Assembly (NCBI GenBank): GCA_946622285.1
Contig: CAMOPK010000001.1
Span: 41,343-105,342, forward strand
Direction of reading: 5' to 3'
Length of the DNA: 64,000 nt
Source of the DNA: an uncultured Bacillota bacterium
GTDB lineage: Bacteria; Bacillota_I; Bacilli_A; RF39; UBA660
The position numbers were made by a program, and so were the translations under genes. Of this stretch, positions 27,548 through 36,394 are shown piece by piece; the first letter of the stretch is position 1; each line of letters starts with the position of its first letter. Under the pieces are notes generated by a model that was not told the origin of the DNA, made no database searches, and worked only from the letters and a program-made list of their open reading frames with translations.

Positions 27548-29206
27548 CTATAGAGCCCCTATTATTTCTTTATATTTAGTTAATGACGATGACGCACTCC
27601 AAGGCATATGTCCACCTGTTGCACCTGAGTCTTCAATTGCTCTTATTTGATCTTTTATTTTTTCGGAATCATAAATAACTGATGGTGTTTTGGTCGTATT
27701 ATAAGCTTGAATCCAAGTTCGCATTATTGCTGGTGTTGGAATTTCAGCTTGACGCTTCATCGCATATTTACTACACCAAGTATATAGTAATTTGTATGGG
27801 TTTGTCCATACTACTTCTTCAATTCCATATTGATGAGCTAAGAAATGATCTGGATAAGGCATTGCACTTATAACGTCAACAACATTAGAAACAGCTCCCC
27901 AATATTGGCCATAGTTATTTACATATTCATGAGCACTTTCTCCAAACACATCTGCCGATATATAAACACCTTTTTCATGAAGTAAATCTGTTGCATACAT
28001 CAAGAATGTTTGAATTGCTTGAATTTTAGAAATACCATATTCATTTTTCATATTAATGCTTTTAGCTGATTCTGCTATTGAAGTTCCATCTGGGAAACGA
28101 ACATAATCAAATTGGATTTCATTAAAGCCAAATAATTCAACAGCTTCTAAAGCTAAATTGATATTGTATTCCCATACATTCGTGCTAAATGCACTTGGCC
28201 AATAAGAACCATTATGTTTATAAAGATTTCCACTTGTATCTGTAATTGAATCTTTAACATTATCTATGGCATAACTTTTATCTTTGAATAAAGTTATACG
28301 CCCAACTACATAATAACCATTATCTTTTAATTTTTGAATGCATTTTTGATAATTTTCAATACTTGATATTGCATATTTATATGTCGTTGGTGTATATTTT
28401 TCACTCACTTTTGACTTATATGCAATTGAGTCATCTTTAATATCAACAATAAAGGTATTTATATTTGTTCCCTTAGCTATTTCAATATAGTCATCAACTT
28501 TACGAATTGCACTTCCATTTAAATATAAGGCATGAACTTTTTCTGGCATTACATTATCTTTAAAATTTGCTTTCTTTCTTGGATAAAAATCAAGTTCTCC
28601 TGCTTTTCCACCAAAATTACTGCTTTTTTTAGCATGTATTTTTTGAATGCCTTCTTCATCATAATGCTTTAAAGCTTCTTCTTCATTATCAACTAAGTAT
28701 TCAGCACTTATATAACCTTCTAATCCATTATAACTAACTTTATATTTATTTGGATTCCCATTTTTATCAAGTTTATCAAATCCAAGAATTTTTAAGCTTG
28801 ATCCTTTAGGTACAATAGATTCTATTTTAGTTCCATTTAAAAGTGTTGTCATTGTCCTTACATAGATTTTATCATTCAAAAGAACATTACTATATTTATT
28901 AACTACTGCCGATTGCTTTACATAATAACTATCATTATTAACTTTAATTTTAACAAAATCATCAATAGTTTTATCAACATATAAAGTTGCTTTTGTTCCT
29001 CTTAAAGTTTCACTGACTTTCTTTTTTTCTTTATCATAAAGTTCTACTTTAGAAATAGAACTTGCTAAATAAACATTTTCAGTTCTAGGATTTATTACTC
29101 TATATAGAGAGTTTACACCTTTTACTAACAATAAAACGATTACTACTAAAGCGACAACACAAATTAAGATACGATCATAACGTATTTTGACTTTCTTCTT
29201 ATTCAT
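27548..29206 (-). CDS. Membrane-anchored putative glycoside-hydrolase-like TIM-barrel protein (DUF4015/YngK-like)
   Basis: Start reassigned to MNKKKVKIRY (RBS GGTGGA); N-terminal TM; GFNEIQFDYVRFPDG motif typical of this family. Confidence 0.45.
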   Translation of the reverse strand: MNKKKVKIRYDRILICVVALVVIVLLLVKGVNSLYRVINPRTENVYLASSISKVELYDKEKKKVSETLRGTKATLYVDKTIDDFVKIKVNNDSYYVKQSAVVNKYSNVLLNDKIYVRTMTTLLNGTKIESIVPKGSSLKILGFDKLDKNGNPNKYKVSYNGLEGYISAEYLVDNEEEALKHYDEEGIQKIHAKKSSNFGGKAGELDFYPRKKANFKDNVMPEKVHALYLNGSAIRKVDDYIEIAKGTNINTFIVDIKDDSIAYKSKVSEKYTPTTYKYAISSIENYQKCIQKLKDNGYYVVGRITLFKDKSYAIDNVKDSITDTSGNLYKHNGSYWPSAFSTNVWEYNINLALEAVELFGFNEIQFDYVRFPDGTSIAESAKSINMKNEYGISKIQAIQTFLMYATDLLHEKGVYISADVFGESAHEYVNNYGQYWGAVSNVVDVISAMPYPDHFLAHQYGIEEVVWTNPYKLLYTWCSKYAMKRQAEIPTPAIMRTWIQAYNTTKTPSVIYDSEKIKDQIRAIEDSGATGGHMPWSASSSLTKYKEIIGAL

Positions 29207-29257
29207 ATTATCCACCATATAATAGTATATCACAATTAACAATTTTATACTAGAAAG

Positions 29258-29294
29258 ACAATAAAAAAATCTATAGAGATAATCTATAGATTTT
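29258..29294 (-). terminator. Terminator of the nrd operon (AAATCTATAG-AGATAAT-CTATAGATTT + T7), overlapping the stop of the last gene
   Basis: 10-bp perfect stem; T-run is the complement of 29261-29270. Confidence 0.55.
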
Positions 29295-30189
29295 TACTAT
29301 TTAAATAGTCAATTACATCAATTGCTGCGATTGTACCATCGTTAGTTGCTGTAGTAAGTTGTCTTACATTTTTAGTACGAACATCACCTGCTACAAAAAT
29401 GCCCTCTAAATTGGTATTCATATCAGTAGATTTGATATAACCATAATCGTCGATATCAATTAGATTTTTAAATATTTTACTTGTCGGAATACGACCAATT
29501 GATAAGAATATTCCATCTAATTTAATATCTTTTTCATTATTTACTTCTATTCCTGAAAAGTTTCCATTTTCATTTAAATATTTTGTAACTTTACTTGATA
29601 AGTTTATTTCGACATTAGATTTTTTACCTATTTCAGCAATATATCTTTCTTCACCAGTTAAGTGATCTAAGTCTTGAATAATTACTACTTTTTTGCACAA
29701 TTCAGATAGCGATAGAGCATTAATCAAAGCAGAGTTTCCACCACCTATAACGCCTACTACTTTATTATTGTAAAAAGCGCCATCGCAGGAAACACAAAAG
29801 TGAATTCCCGATCCGATAAAGTCTTCTTCACCCTCAAGATTTAGTTTACGATATTCACATCCAGTTGCAATAATGATTGATTTAGCTTGATATTCACCTG
29901 AATCAGTAATAACTTTTTTATCTTTTGTTATTTCTAATACTTCTTCAATTGCTATTTCACAACCAAGATTATCAACTTGTTCATATAAATTATTTGCAAG
30001 TTCAGCTCCGCTTATTGCTTTAAATCCTGGATAATTCTCAACAAGTGGAGAGGAAGCTATTTGGCCTCCTATCCCCTCTTTTTCAATCAATAAAACATTT
30101 TTATTAGCTCTTTTTAAATATATTGCTGCAGTTAATCCCGCAGGACCTGCTCCAATTATAATTGTGTCGTACATATTATTTTGACTCAA
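29284..30189 (-). CDS. Thioredoxin-reductase-like flavoprotein lacking the NADPH-binding HRRxxxR motif (FFTR-like, pyridine-nucleotide-independent type suspected)
   Basis: FAD fingerprint IIIGAGPAGLTAAIY, redox CxxC CVSCDG, second GGGNSA. Where E. coli TrxR has HLIHRRDGFRAEK this protein has VIIQDLDHLTGEE. Confidence 0.7.
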   Translation of the reverse strand: MSQNNMYDTIIIGAGPAGLTAAIYLKRANKNVLLIEKEGIGGQIASSPLVENYPGFKAISGAELANNLYEQVDNLGCEIAIEEVLEITKDKKVITDSGEYQAKSIIIATGCEYRKLNLEGEEDFIGSGIHFCVSCDGAFYNNKVVGVIGGGNSALINALSLSELCKKVVIIQDLDHLTGEERYIAEIGKKSNVEINLSSKVTKYLNENGNFSGIEVNNEKDIKLDGIFLSIGRIPTSKIFKNLIDIDDYGYIKSTDMNTNLEGIFVAGDVRTKNVRQLTTATNDGTIAAIDVIDYLNSKNL

Positions 30190-32542
30190 TATATTTCTTT
30201 ATGTTAGAAAGGTTCTTTACTTGTTCTACAGTACCTTTTTTAACAATAACTAATGTTGGTGCTTGAGTAACTCCACATTTCTTTGTAAGTTCTACTTCTT
30301 CTTCAGCATCAATAAATTTATATTTGATTTTTGCTTTATCAAGTAATGTTTTTGCCATTTTACAGTTTGGGCATGTTTTAGTTCCGAAAAGCATTATTCC
30401 ATCTTTTACGTCTTCAACTTTTTCAGTAGTGCAATTAGTTTCGCAAGCGCATTTTTCAACATGATGAGTATGATCTAATTCTTCATATTCAGTTCTGCTA
30501 TCATATTCACTTCGTTTTCCATCATTCCAATTTTTGATTGGACGATAGTATCCTGTTATACGGCTGTATACTTCAGCTTCTTCACCGCATTCTGGACATG
30601 TAAAGTGTTCCCCTGGCATATAGCCATGGTTCTTACATACTGAATATGTAGGTGATATTGTATAGTAAGGTAAACGATAGTTTTCAGCGATTGTTCTAAC
30701 TAATTTAGCTGCTGCTTTCCAATCTGTTAATCTTTCACCTAAGAATGCATGGAATACTGTTCCTGATGTATAAAGTGTTTGTAATTCATCTTGAATATCT
30801 AAAGCTGCAAAGATATCTTTTGTGAAATCTACAGGTAAATGTGATGAATTTGTATAGTATGGTTTTTGGCCTTCTTTTGCTGCTGTTATAATATCAGGAT
30901 ATTTTTCAACATCATGTTTAGCAAAACGATATGTTGTTGATTCTGCTGGAGTTGCTTCTAAGTTATATAGATCTCCATATTCTTCTTGATAATCTGATAA
31001 TTTTTCACGCATGAAGTTTAATACTTCTTTAGCAAATTTTTGTGTCTTTGGACTTGTTAAGTCTTCTCTTAACCATTTAGCATTTAAACCTACTTCATTC
31101 ATACCAATTAAACCAATTGTTGAGAAGTGATTATTAAATGTACCTAAATAACGTTTAGTATATGGATAAAGTCCTTCATCAAGTAATTTTGTAATTACAT
31201 TTCTCTTTACCTTTAAACTACGAGCTGCAATATCCATTAAACGTGTTAAACGCTTGTAAAAATCTTTTTCATCTGTTGCTAAATAAGCAATTCTTGGTAA
31301 GTTGATTGTTACAACTCCAATTGATCCAGTTGATTCGCCACTACCGAAGAAACCACCTGATTTCTTTCTTAATTCTCTTAGGTCTAGTCTTAAACGACAG
31401 CACATACTTCTTACATCACTTGGTTCCATATCACTGTTGATGTAATTTGAAAAGTATGGTGTACCATATTTAGCAGTCATTTCAAATAATAACTTATTGT
31501 TTTCTGTTTCACCCCAATTAAAATCACGAGTAATTGAGTATGTTGGAATTGGATATTGGAATCCACGGCCATTAGCATCTCCTTCAATCATGATTTCGAT
31601 GAATGCTTTATTTACCATATCCATTTCTTTTTGACAGTCTTTATATTTGAAATCCATTTCTTTGCCACCAACGATAGCATTTAATTCAGCTAAGTCATTT
31701 GGTACTGTCCAGTCAAGTGTAATATTAGTGAAAGGTGCTTGAGTTCCCCATCTACTTGGTGTATTAACGCCATAGATGAATGATTGAAGTCCTTGTTTTA
31801 CTTGTTTATAAGTTAAGTTATCAACTTTAACAAAAGGTGCTAGATAAGTATCAAATGATGAGAAAGCTTGTGCTCCAGCCCATTCATTTTGCATAATACC
31901 TAAGAAGTTAACCATTTGATTACAAAGTGTTGATAGGTGCTTTGCTGGTGATGAAGTAATCTTTCCTGGTACTCCACCTAGTCCTTCTTGAATTAATTGT
32001 TTTAAACTCCAACCTGCACAATATCCACTAAGCATTGATAAGTCATGGATATGAATATCAGCATTACGATGTGCATTTGCAATTTCTTCATCATATACTT
32101 CACTTAACCAATAATTTGCAGTGATTGCACCAGAGTTACTTAAAATTAATCCTCCGATTGAATATGTAACTGTTGAGTTTTCTTTTACTCTCCAGTCAGT
32201 TACATTAATATAACTATTAACAACATCACGATAGTTTAAAATCGCACCTTGCATGTTACGCATTTTTTCATGTTGTTTACGATACAAAATGTATGTTTTA
32301 GCAACTTCTGCATAACCAGCATTTGATAATACACTTTCTACACTATCTTGAATATCTTCTACTCTGATTGCGTTATTTTTGATGTTAGGTTGAAAATTAG
32401 CAGTTACTTTTAAAGCAAGTAGATCTAAAACATCATCATTGTATTCAGTTTCAGTTGCTTCAAATGCTCTTCTAATTGCACTTTTAATTCTCTCTATATC
32501 AAATTCAACAGTTTTTCCTTCTCTTGTTTTTACTTTATACAT
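30176..32542 (-). CDS. nrdD: Anaerobic ribonucleoside-triphosphate reductase NrdD (class III) with N-terminal ATP-cone and fused C-terminal glutaredoxin/NrdH-like domain
   Basis: ATP-cone MYKVKTREGKTVEFDIERIKSAI; ADIHIHDL; thiyl loop MCCRLRL; Zn site CKNHG...CPEC; glycyl-radical motif SRITGYYR; then ~100 extra residues with CACETNC and a TKTCPNCKMAK CPxC redoxin fold. Confidence 0.9.
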   Translation of the reverse strand: MYKVKTREGKTVEFDIERIKSAIRRAFEATETEYNDDVLDLLALKVTANFQPNIKNNAIRVEDIQDSVESVLSNAGYAEVAKTYILYRKQHEKMRNMQGAILNYRDVVNSYINVTDWRVKENSTVTYSIGGLILSNSGAITANYWLSEVYDEEIANAHRNADIHIHDLSMLSGYCAGWSLKQLIQEGLGGVPGKITSSPAKHLSTLCNQMVNFLGIMQNEWAGAQAFSSFDTYLAPFVKVDNLTYKQVKQGLQSFIYGVNTPSRWGTQAPFTNITLDWTVPNDLAELNAIVGGKEMDFKYKDCQKEMDMVNKAFIEIMIEGDANGRGFQYPIPTYSITRDFNWGETENNKLLFEMTAKYGTPYFSNYINSDMEPSDVRSMCCRLRLDLRELRKKSGGFFGSGESTGSIGVVTINLPRIAYLATDEKDFYKRLTRLMDIAARSLKVKRNVITKLLDEGLYPYTKRYLGTFNNHFSTIGLIGMNEVGLNAKWLREDLTSPKTQKFAKEVLNFMREKLSDYQEEYGDLYNLEATPAESTTYRFAKHDVEKYPDIITAAKEGQKPYYTNSSHLPVDFTKDIFAALDIQDELQTLYTSGTVFHAFLGERLTDWKAAAKLVRTIAENYRLPYYTISPTYSVCKNHGYMPGEHFTCPECGEEAEVYSRITGYYRPIKNWNDGKRSEYDSRTEYEELDHTHHVEKCACETNCTTEKVEDVKDGIMLFGTKTCPNCKMAKTLLDKAKIKYKFIDAEEEVELTKKCGVTQAPTLVIVKKGTVEQVKNLSNIKKYIESK

Positions 32543-32570
32543 AATAAGTTCCTCCCTTTATTTCTATTAT

Positions 32571-33254
32571 CTATAAACCACGTATTTCTACGTTCTTTTC
32601 GTTTTTAAATATAGCTTTTATTTTTTCTAGCTCATCTGCTTCAAATCCAATTAAATTCTTATCAAGTACATCATCGCTCATTTTAAAGTTTTGAATATAA
32701 TACTTGCTTCCTTTAACTAGTTTATAAATTGATTTTACATCATCAATTGTATGATAATTCTTTATGAGTGTTGTCCTGAATTCATAATCAACACTACCAT
32801 TTTTTAATATTTTTATACTCTCTTTAAGAGCTTTTTCGTTGACTTTGCATTTAGCAACGATTTCATATTTATCAAGACTATTTTTTATATCCATCGCCAC
32901 ATAATCAACTAATTTATTGCTTACAAGTTCTTTTAATACTTTTGGATTGCTTCCATTTGTATCTAATTTAACTTTAAGTCCAATTGCTTTAACCTTTTTA
33001 ATGAAATTTATTAATTCTGGTTGAACTGTAGGTTCACCTCCAGATATTACAATTCCATCTAAAACATTTTTTCTAAGATTCAAGTAATCTAATATTTCTT
33101 CTTCAGAAAAGTTGCCTTTTTCTTTCTTGTGCAAAATTAATGAACTATTTTGACAATAAGAACATCTAAAATTGCATCCTCTTGTAAAAATAATGCAAGC
33201 AACATGTCCTGGATAATCTAGTAGAGTTAATTTATCAAATCCATCAATTATCAT
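32571..33254 (-). CDS. nrdG: Anaerobic RNR activating protein NrdG (radical SAM)
   Basis: CNFRCSYCQN radical-SAM cluster motif; operon context. Confidence 0.85.
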   Translation of the reverse strand: MIIDGFDKLTLLDYPGHVACIIFTRGCNFRCSYCQNSSLILHKKEKGNFSEEEILDYLNLRKNVLDGIVISGGEPTVQPELINFIKKVKAIGLKVKLDTNGSNPKVLKELVSNKLVDYVAMDIKNSLDKYEIVAKCKVNEKALKESIKILKNGSVDYEFRTTLIKNYHTIDDVKSIYKLVKGSKYYIQNFKMSDDVLDKNLIGFEADELEKIKAIFKNEKNVEIRGL

Positions 33255-35169
33255 AATTTACCTCCACATATTTTATTTTACTTGCTTCTAAGTCTGATAA
33301 AAGTTTAGTAAATTTTTTAAATTCAGCATTTTTTAGATTGATTGTACAAATTGCTGAAGTTAAACTTTGATATTTTGCTTGAAGTGTTAGTTGTGTGTCA
33401 AAACCTAATTTTGATTGATTAATAAATTTAGATACTGGTTCATAACAACTTTTATTGATTGTTTTCTCACTTCCAAACACACTTTTATCGATACGAATGA
33501 AACTATTTATTATTGATTGATCATATATTTCAGCAATCATGAAGTTTAATTTTAAATCATTACTTAAAGCTTCACATTTTTTATTCATTGCTTTGATAAC
33601 TTTAGTAAGCATTTCAAAATCTTCATTATTTAGTTTATTATCTGCTTTCTTATTTAATAAGAAGACTGCTTCAACAAGCCCAACAAATCCAATTACAAAT
33701 GCTCCATTACGCAATATTTTTCTAACTTTTTGGCCATCATCAAGTTTTTCAGAGTCATAAAGTAAACCTTTATTAAATAGAACATTATAATTTTCTTTAA
33801 TTTTACCTGATTGAACTTCAAATCTTTGCATAAGTGCATTTTTTGCAAGCTCCATGACATTATCAAGTTCCTTTAAAAAATCATTTATGCAGGTATTTTT
33901 CAAAGCAAGTCTGGCCAAATTAATGGTTGAAATCGAATTAATTGTTCTTCCTCTTGATGTTTCAGTTCCATTTATATTATTAAATACACATATTCCATTT
34001 GAGAAATAATTAACATCATGATTTTTACCAAATACAAAGTGAATTTTATTTGATTTAGTTTTTTCAAACAAAACCTTATTTATTTCTTCGTCATTATTAA
34101 TATATATATTAGTAATTACCTTTGATTTCGGTTTTAATGCTTTGAAATAATTGATAATTATCATTTTACTTATGAATGAGTCATCATTATCAAGGCATAT
34201 TACAATATTTTTCTTTAAAATTGTATCAATAATATCAAATAATCTTTCGAAGTTATCTTTTATTAACCTATTCAGTTTTTTAATTGTTTGATTGTAAGTA
34301 ATTTCAAAAATATTTTTTAATACGCCATTTTTTAACTCAGTATTAAGAAAATCTTTATCTTCAATATTTGTTAATGGTTTTACTAATTCTTCAACTTTAT
34401 TTCTATCTATATATATATCTAAACCATTTATACTTAAGTTATTCCAAAATTCTTTTAGAAATATATCTTTAAAATCATTTAATACTCTTGTTGATAAAAT
34501 TCTATCAAAGTTCATTAAAGTTTGTTCTTGATATTGATCTGATTCTACTAGAATAATTGTATGAATTATCTCAGTCATAAAACTTTGAACTGTTTTTAAA
34601 TCTTCAAAATCAACATTCAAGTTACTTGAACAAGGAGTTCCAAATGTATAATTATCTAATCCATTTATTGCAATTATTCCTTCTTCAATGCCTTTTTCAA
34701 CTTTGCCTTCAATTAAGTAAGCTGTTGCAAATTCCTTTGAAATTACTTCAGCAAAGTTAGATATGAGTTCATTTGGTTTTTGATCATTTGCTTCATTTGC
34801 CAAATAGCCAACTTTTTCCATGGCTTTAACAAATTTATGTTGTGGTCTTATTCCAAATACATCCCTTGACTTTGCTCTACGTAAGCGATAATCACTAAAT
34901 GAATTATAAACATTTATGTACCCTGCTTTTTTCAAAGATTCTTCAATGATATTTTGAATGTCTTCAACATTGATAGTTTTTCTTGTTTTGTAGTTTTCAG
35001 CAATTGTTTTTAAAACTAACTCATAAACTTTGTTTACATCTTTAACATTTGGGTCTTCATAGACGCTTCCAAAGCCTTTTCCTATAGCAATTGCAATTTT
35101 TGTACCATTGAATGCTACTCTTTGACCAGTTCTCTTAACAACTACGAGATCTTTAAATTCTTCTTTCAT
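33244..35169 (-). CDS. NrdD-like protein with ATP-cone but without glycyl-radical motif, Zn-ribbon or thiyl Cys pair (probable pseudo-enzyme / regulatory paralogue)
   Basis: ATP-cone VVKRTGQRVAFNGTKIAIAIG...VEDIQNIIEESLKKAGY. EGIIAINGLDNY aligns with NrdD ADIHIHDLSMLSGY, and TINSISTINLARLALKN...LKEL aligns with NrdD IGVVTINLPRIAYLAT. C-terminus ends ...KYVEVNYDN with no RxxGY and no CxxC. Overlaps nrdG by 11 nt. Confidence 0.6.
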   Translation of the reverse strand: MKEEFKDLVVVKRTGQRVAFNGTKIAIAIGKGFGSVYEDPNVKDVNKVYELVLKTIAENYKTRKTINVEDIQNIIEESLKKAGYINVYNSFSDYRLRRAKSRDVFGIRPQHKFVKAMEKVGYLANEANDQKPNELISNFAEVISKEFATAYLIEGKVEKGIEEGIIAINGLDNYTFGTPCSSNLNVDFEDLKTVQSFMTEIIHTIILVESDQYQEQTLMNFDRILSTRVLNDFKDIFLKEFWNNLSINGLDIYIDRNKVEELVKPLTNIEDKDFLNTELKNGVLKNIFEITYNQTIKKLNRLIKDNFERLFDIIDTILKKNIVICLDNDDSFISKMIIINYFKALKPKSKVITNIYINNDEEINKVLFEKTKSNKIHFVFGKNHDVNYFSNGICVFNNINGTETSRGRTINSISTINLARLALKNTCINDFLKELDNVMELAKNALMQRFEVQSGKIKENYNVLFNKGLLYDSEKLDDGQKVRKILRNGAFVIGFVGLVEAVFLLNKKADNKLNNEDFEMLTKVIKAMNKKCEALSNDLKLNFMIAEIYDQSIINSFIRIDKSVFGSEKTINKSCYEPVSKFINQSKLGFDTQLTLQAKYQSLTSAICTINLKNAEFKKFTKLLSDLEASKIKYVEVNYDN

Positions 35170-35306
35170 AAACTTTCGCCTTTCTATTTTTGGCTACTGT
35201 AATCATATTACCAAATTGGAGAAAAAATAGCAATATTTTTTTGTAAATTTTTTTACATTTTTTTAAAATTATTTTTTTGATTTTTTTGATTTTTTTCTAA
35301 AAAAAA

Positions 35307-35332
35307 CATTTTGTATTTTTTACACAAAATGT
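35307..35332. promoter_or_regulatory. Inverted repeat ACATTTTGT-N9-ACAAAATGT in the nrd operon leader (candidate repressor box; NrdR-box-like ACA...TGT half-sites)
   Basis: Seen in sequence between the hypothetical gene terminator and the putative nrd promoter (-35 TTGCTA / TGgTAATAT at ~35232-35204). A third copy of ACAAAATGT lies at 35371-35379. Confidence 0.25.
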
Positions 35333-35354
35333 CTTTTCTTTTGAAATATAAGGG

Positions 35355-35385
35355 TTAATATAAAAAACGACAAAATGTCGTTTTT
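35355..35385 (-). terminator. Rho-independent terminator (ACGACA-AAA-TGTCGT + T-run) after the 35400..36347 gene
   Basis: 6-bp stem at 35367-35382; minus strand continues TTTTTTAT. Confidence 0.5.
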
Positions 35386-35399
35386 TTGTTTTTTATTTT

Positions 35400-36347
35400 T
35401 TATTCGACAGTAAAATATCCAAAATTGATTTCAGACGTTGGATTTTCAACAGTTCCTGTGAAATATCTAACACGGAACTTTTCATCTCCTGTAACTTTTA
35501 CTGAAACAGAGTTTGCATGATAATACCAAGAACCATTTTCTTTATAAAAATCAGCTATTGGTTCATCTTCTCCATTATATAGTTTATATTGAAGTATTGT
35601 ATTATCTTTTGTCAATGTGTTAGAAGCATATGTATAACTATTAGCATTTTGCTTAAAGTCATATCCATTTATATTTTCTTTATCAATTTTAAAATAATTT
35701 GTAACAACATTTACGTAGTTGGTATATTTTCTTATAACTAATGTTCTTGTTGCTTCTTTTGAAACTGTATTGTTATTATCGACAACTGAATATCTTACAT
35801 AAAAAATATTATCGACATTAGGTGATAAATATTTAGTAACTACTTTTAATTTAGTTCTTGTTTCATCTAAAACATAATTTCCTTTTGAATCTTTTTCATT
35901 ATATGTATAGTAAACAAGATCAACTTTATAGTTATCACTACTAGTTACTGTATTTGTATTAAAACCGATAACTTCATTACCTATTTCATCATATATTTTA
36001 TAGTTTAATAGATTAGTAATGTCACTTTCATTTTCTTGGCATAAAGAGTTACTTTCACTATTAGCAGCTCCATCATTAATGCATCCAGAGACTTTACCTT
36101 TAAAGTCATATTCCATTACTTCTTCTTCATTTATTCTAACATAAGTAGTATCAGGAGATATTTGAACACGTGCTCCATATGTTTCAGCCGCTTCATTCAA
36201 TTCTGTTTTAACATTTTTCTTATATTTATCAAGAGCCAACTTACGATTAGATATCATTGCAAGTAAAGCTACAACTATTGTTAGAAACAAAATCATTACG
36301 GCATATAATATTCCACTTATGGCAAATCCCTTATTATTCAGTTTCAT
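35400..36347 (-). CDS. Hypothetical membrane-anchored secreted protein
   Basis: 315 aa; N-terminal signal anchor MKLNNKGFAISGILYAVMILFL; no recognised domain. Confidence 0.4.
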   Translation of the reverse strand: MKLNNKGFAISGILYAVMILFLTIVVALLAMISNRKLALDKYKKNVKTELNEAAETYGARVQISPDTTYVRINEEEVMEYDFKGKVSGCINDGAANSESNSLCQENESDITNLLNYKIYDEIGNEVIGFNTNTVTSSDNYKVDLVYYTYNEKDSKGNYVLDETRTKLKVVTKYLSPNVDNIFYVRYSVVDNNNTVSKEATRTLVIRKYTNYVNVVTNYFKIDKENINGYDFKQNANSYTYASNTLTKDNTILQYKLYNGEDEPIADFYKENGSWYYHANSVSVKVTGDEKFRVRYFTGTVENPTSEINFGYFTVE

Positions 36348-36394
36348 ATTTTCACCTACTATAAGTATATAATTATTTCTTTAAAATAACAAGT

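Noticed and set aside
35270-35300. Tandem TTTTTTTGA repeats in the nrd leader as a possible microsatellite or phase-variation tract
   Set aside because: Only two units in an AT-homopolymer-rich intergenic region, so low-complexity sequence is the simplest reading. It is kept only as part of the leader description.
35400-36347. Type IV prepilin-like N-terminus (NKGFAISGILYAVMILFL) of the 315-aa protein
   Set aside because: It lacks the conserved Glu at +5 after the G|F cleavage site and no pilus assembly genes are nearby; treated as an ordinary signal anchor.
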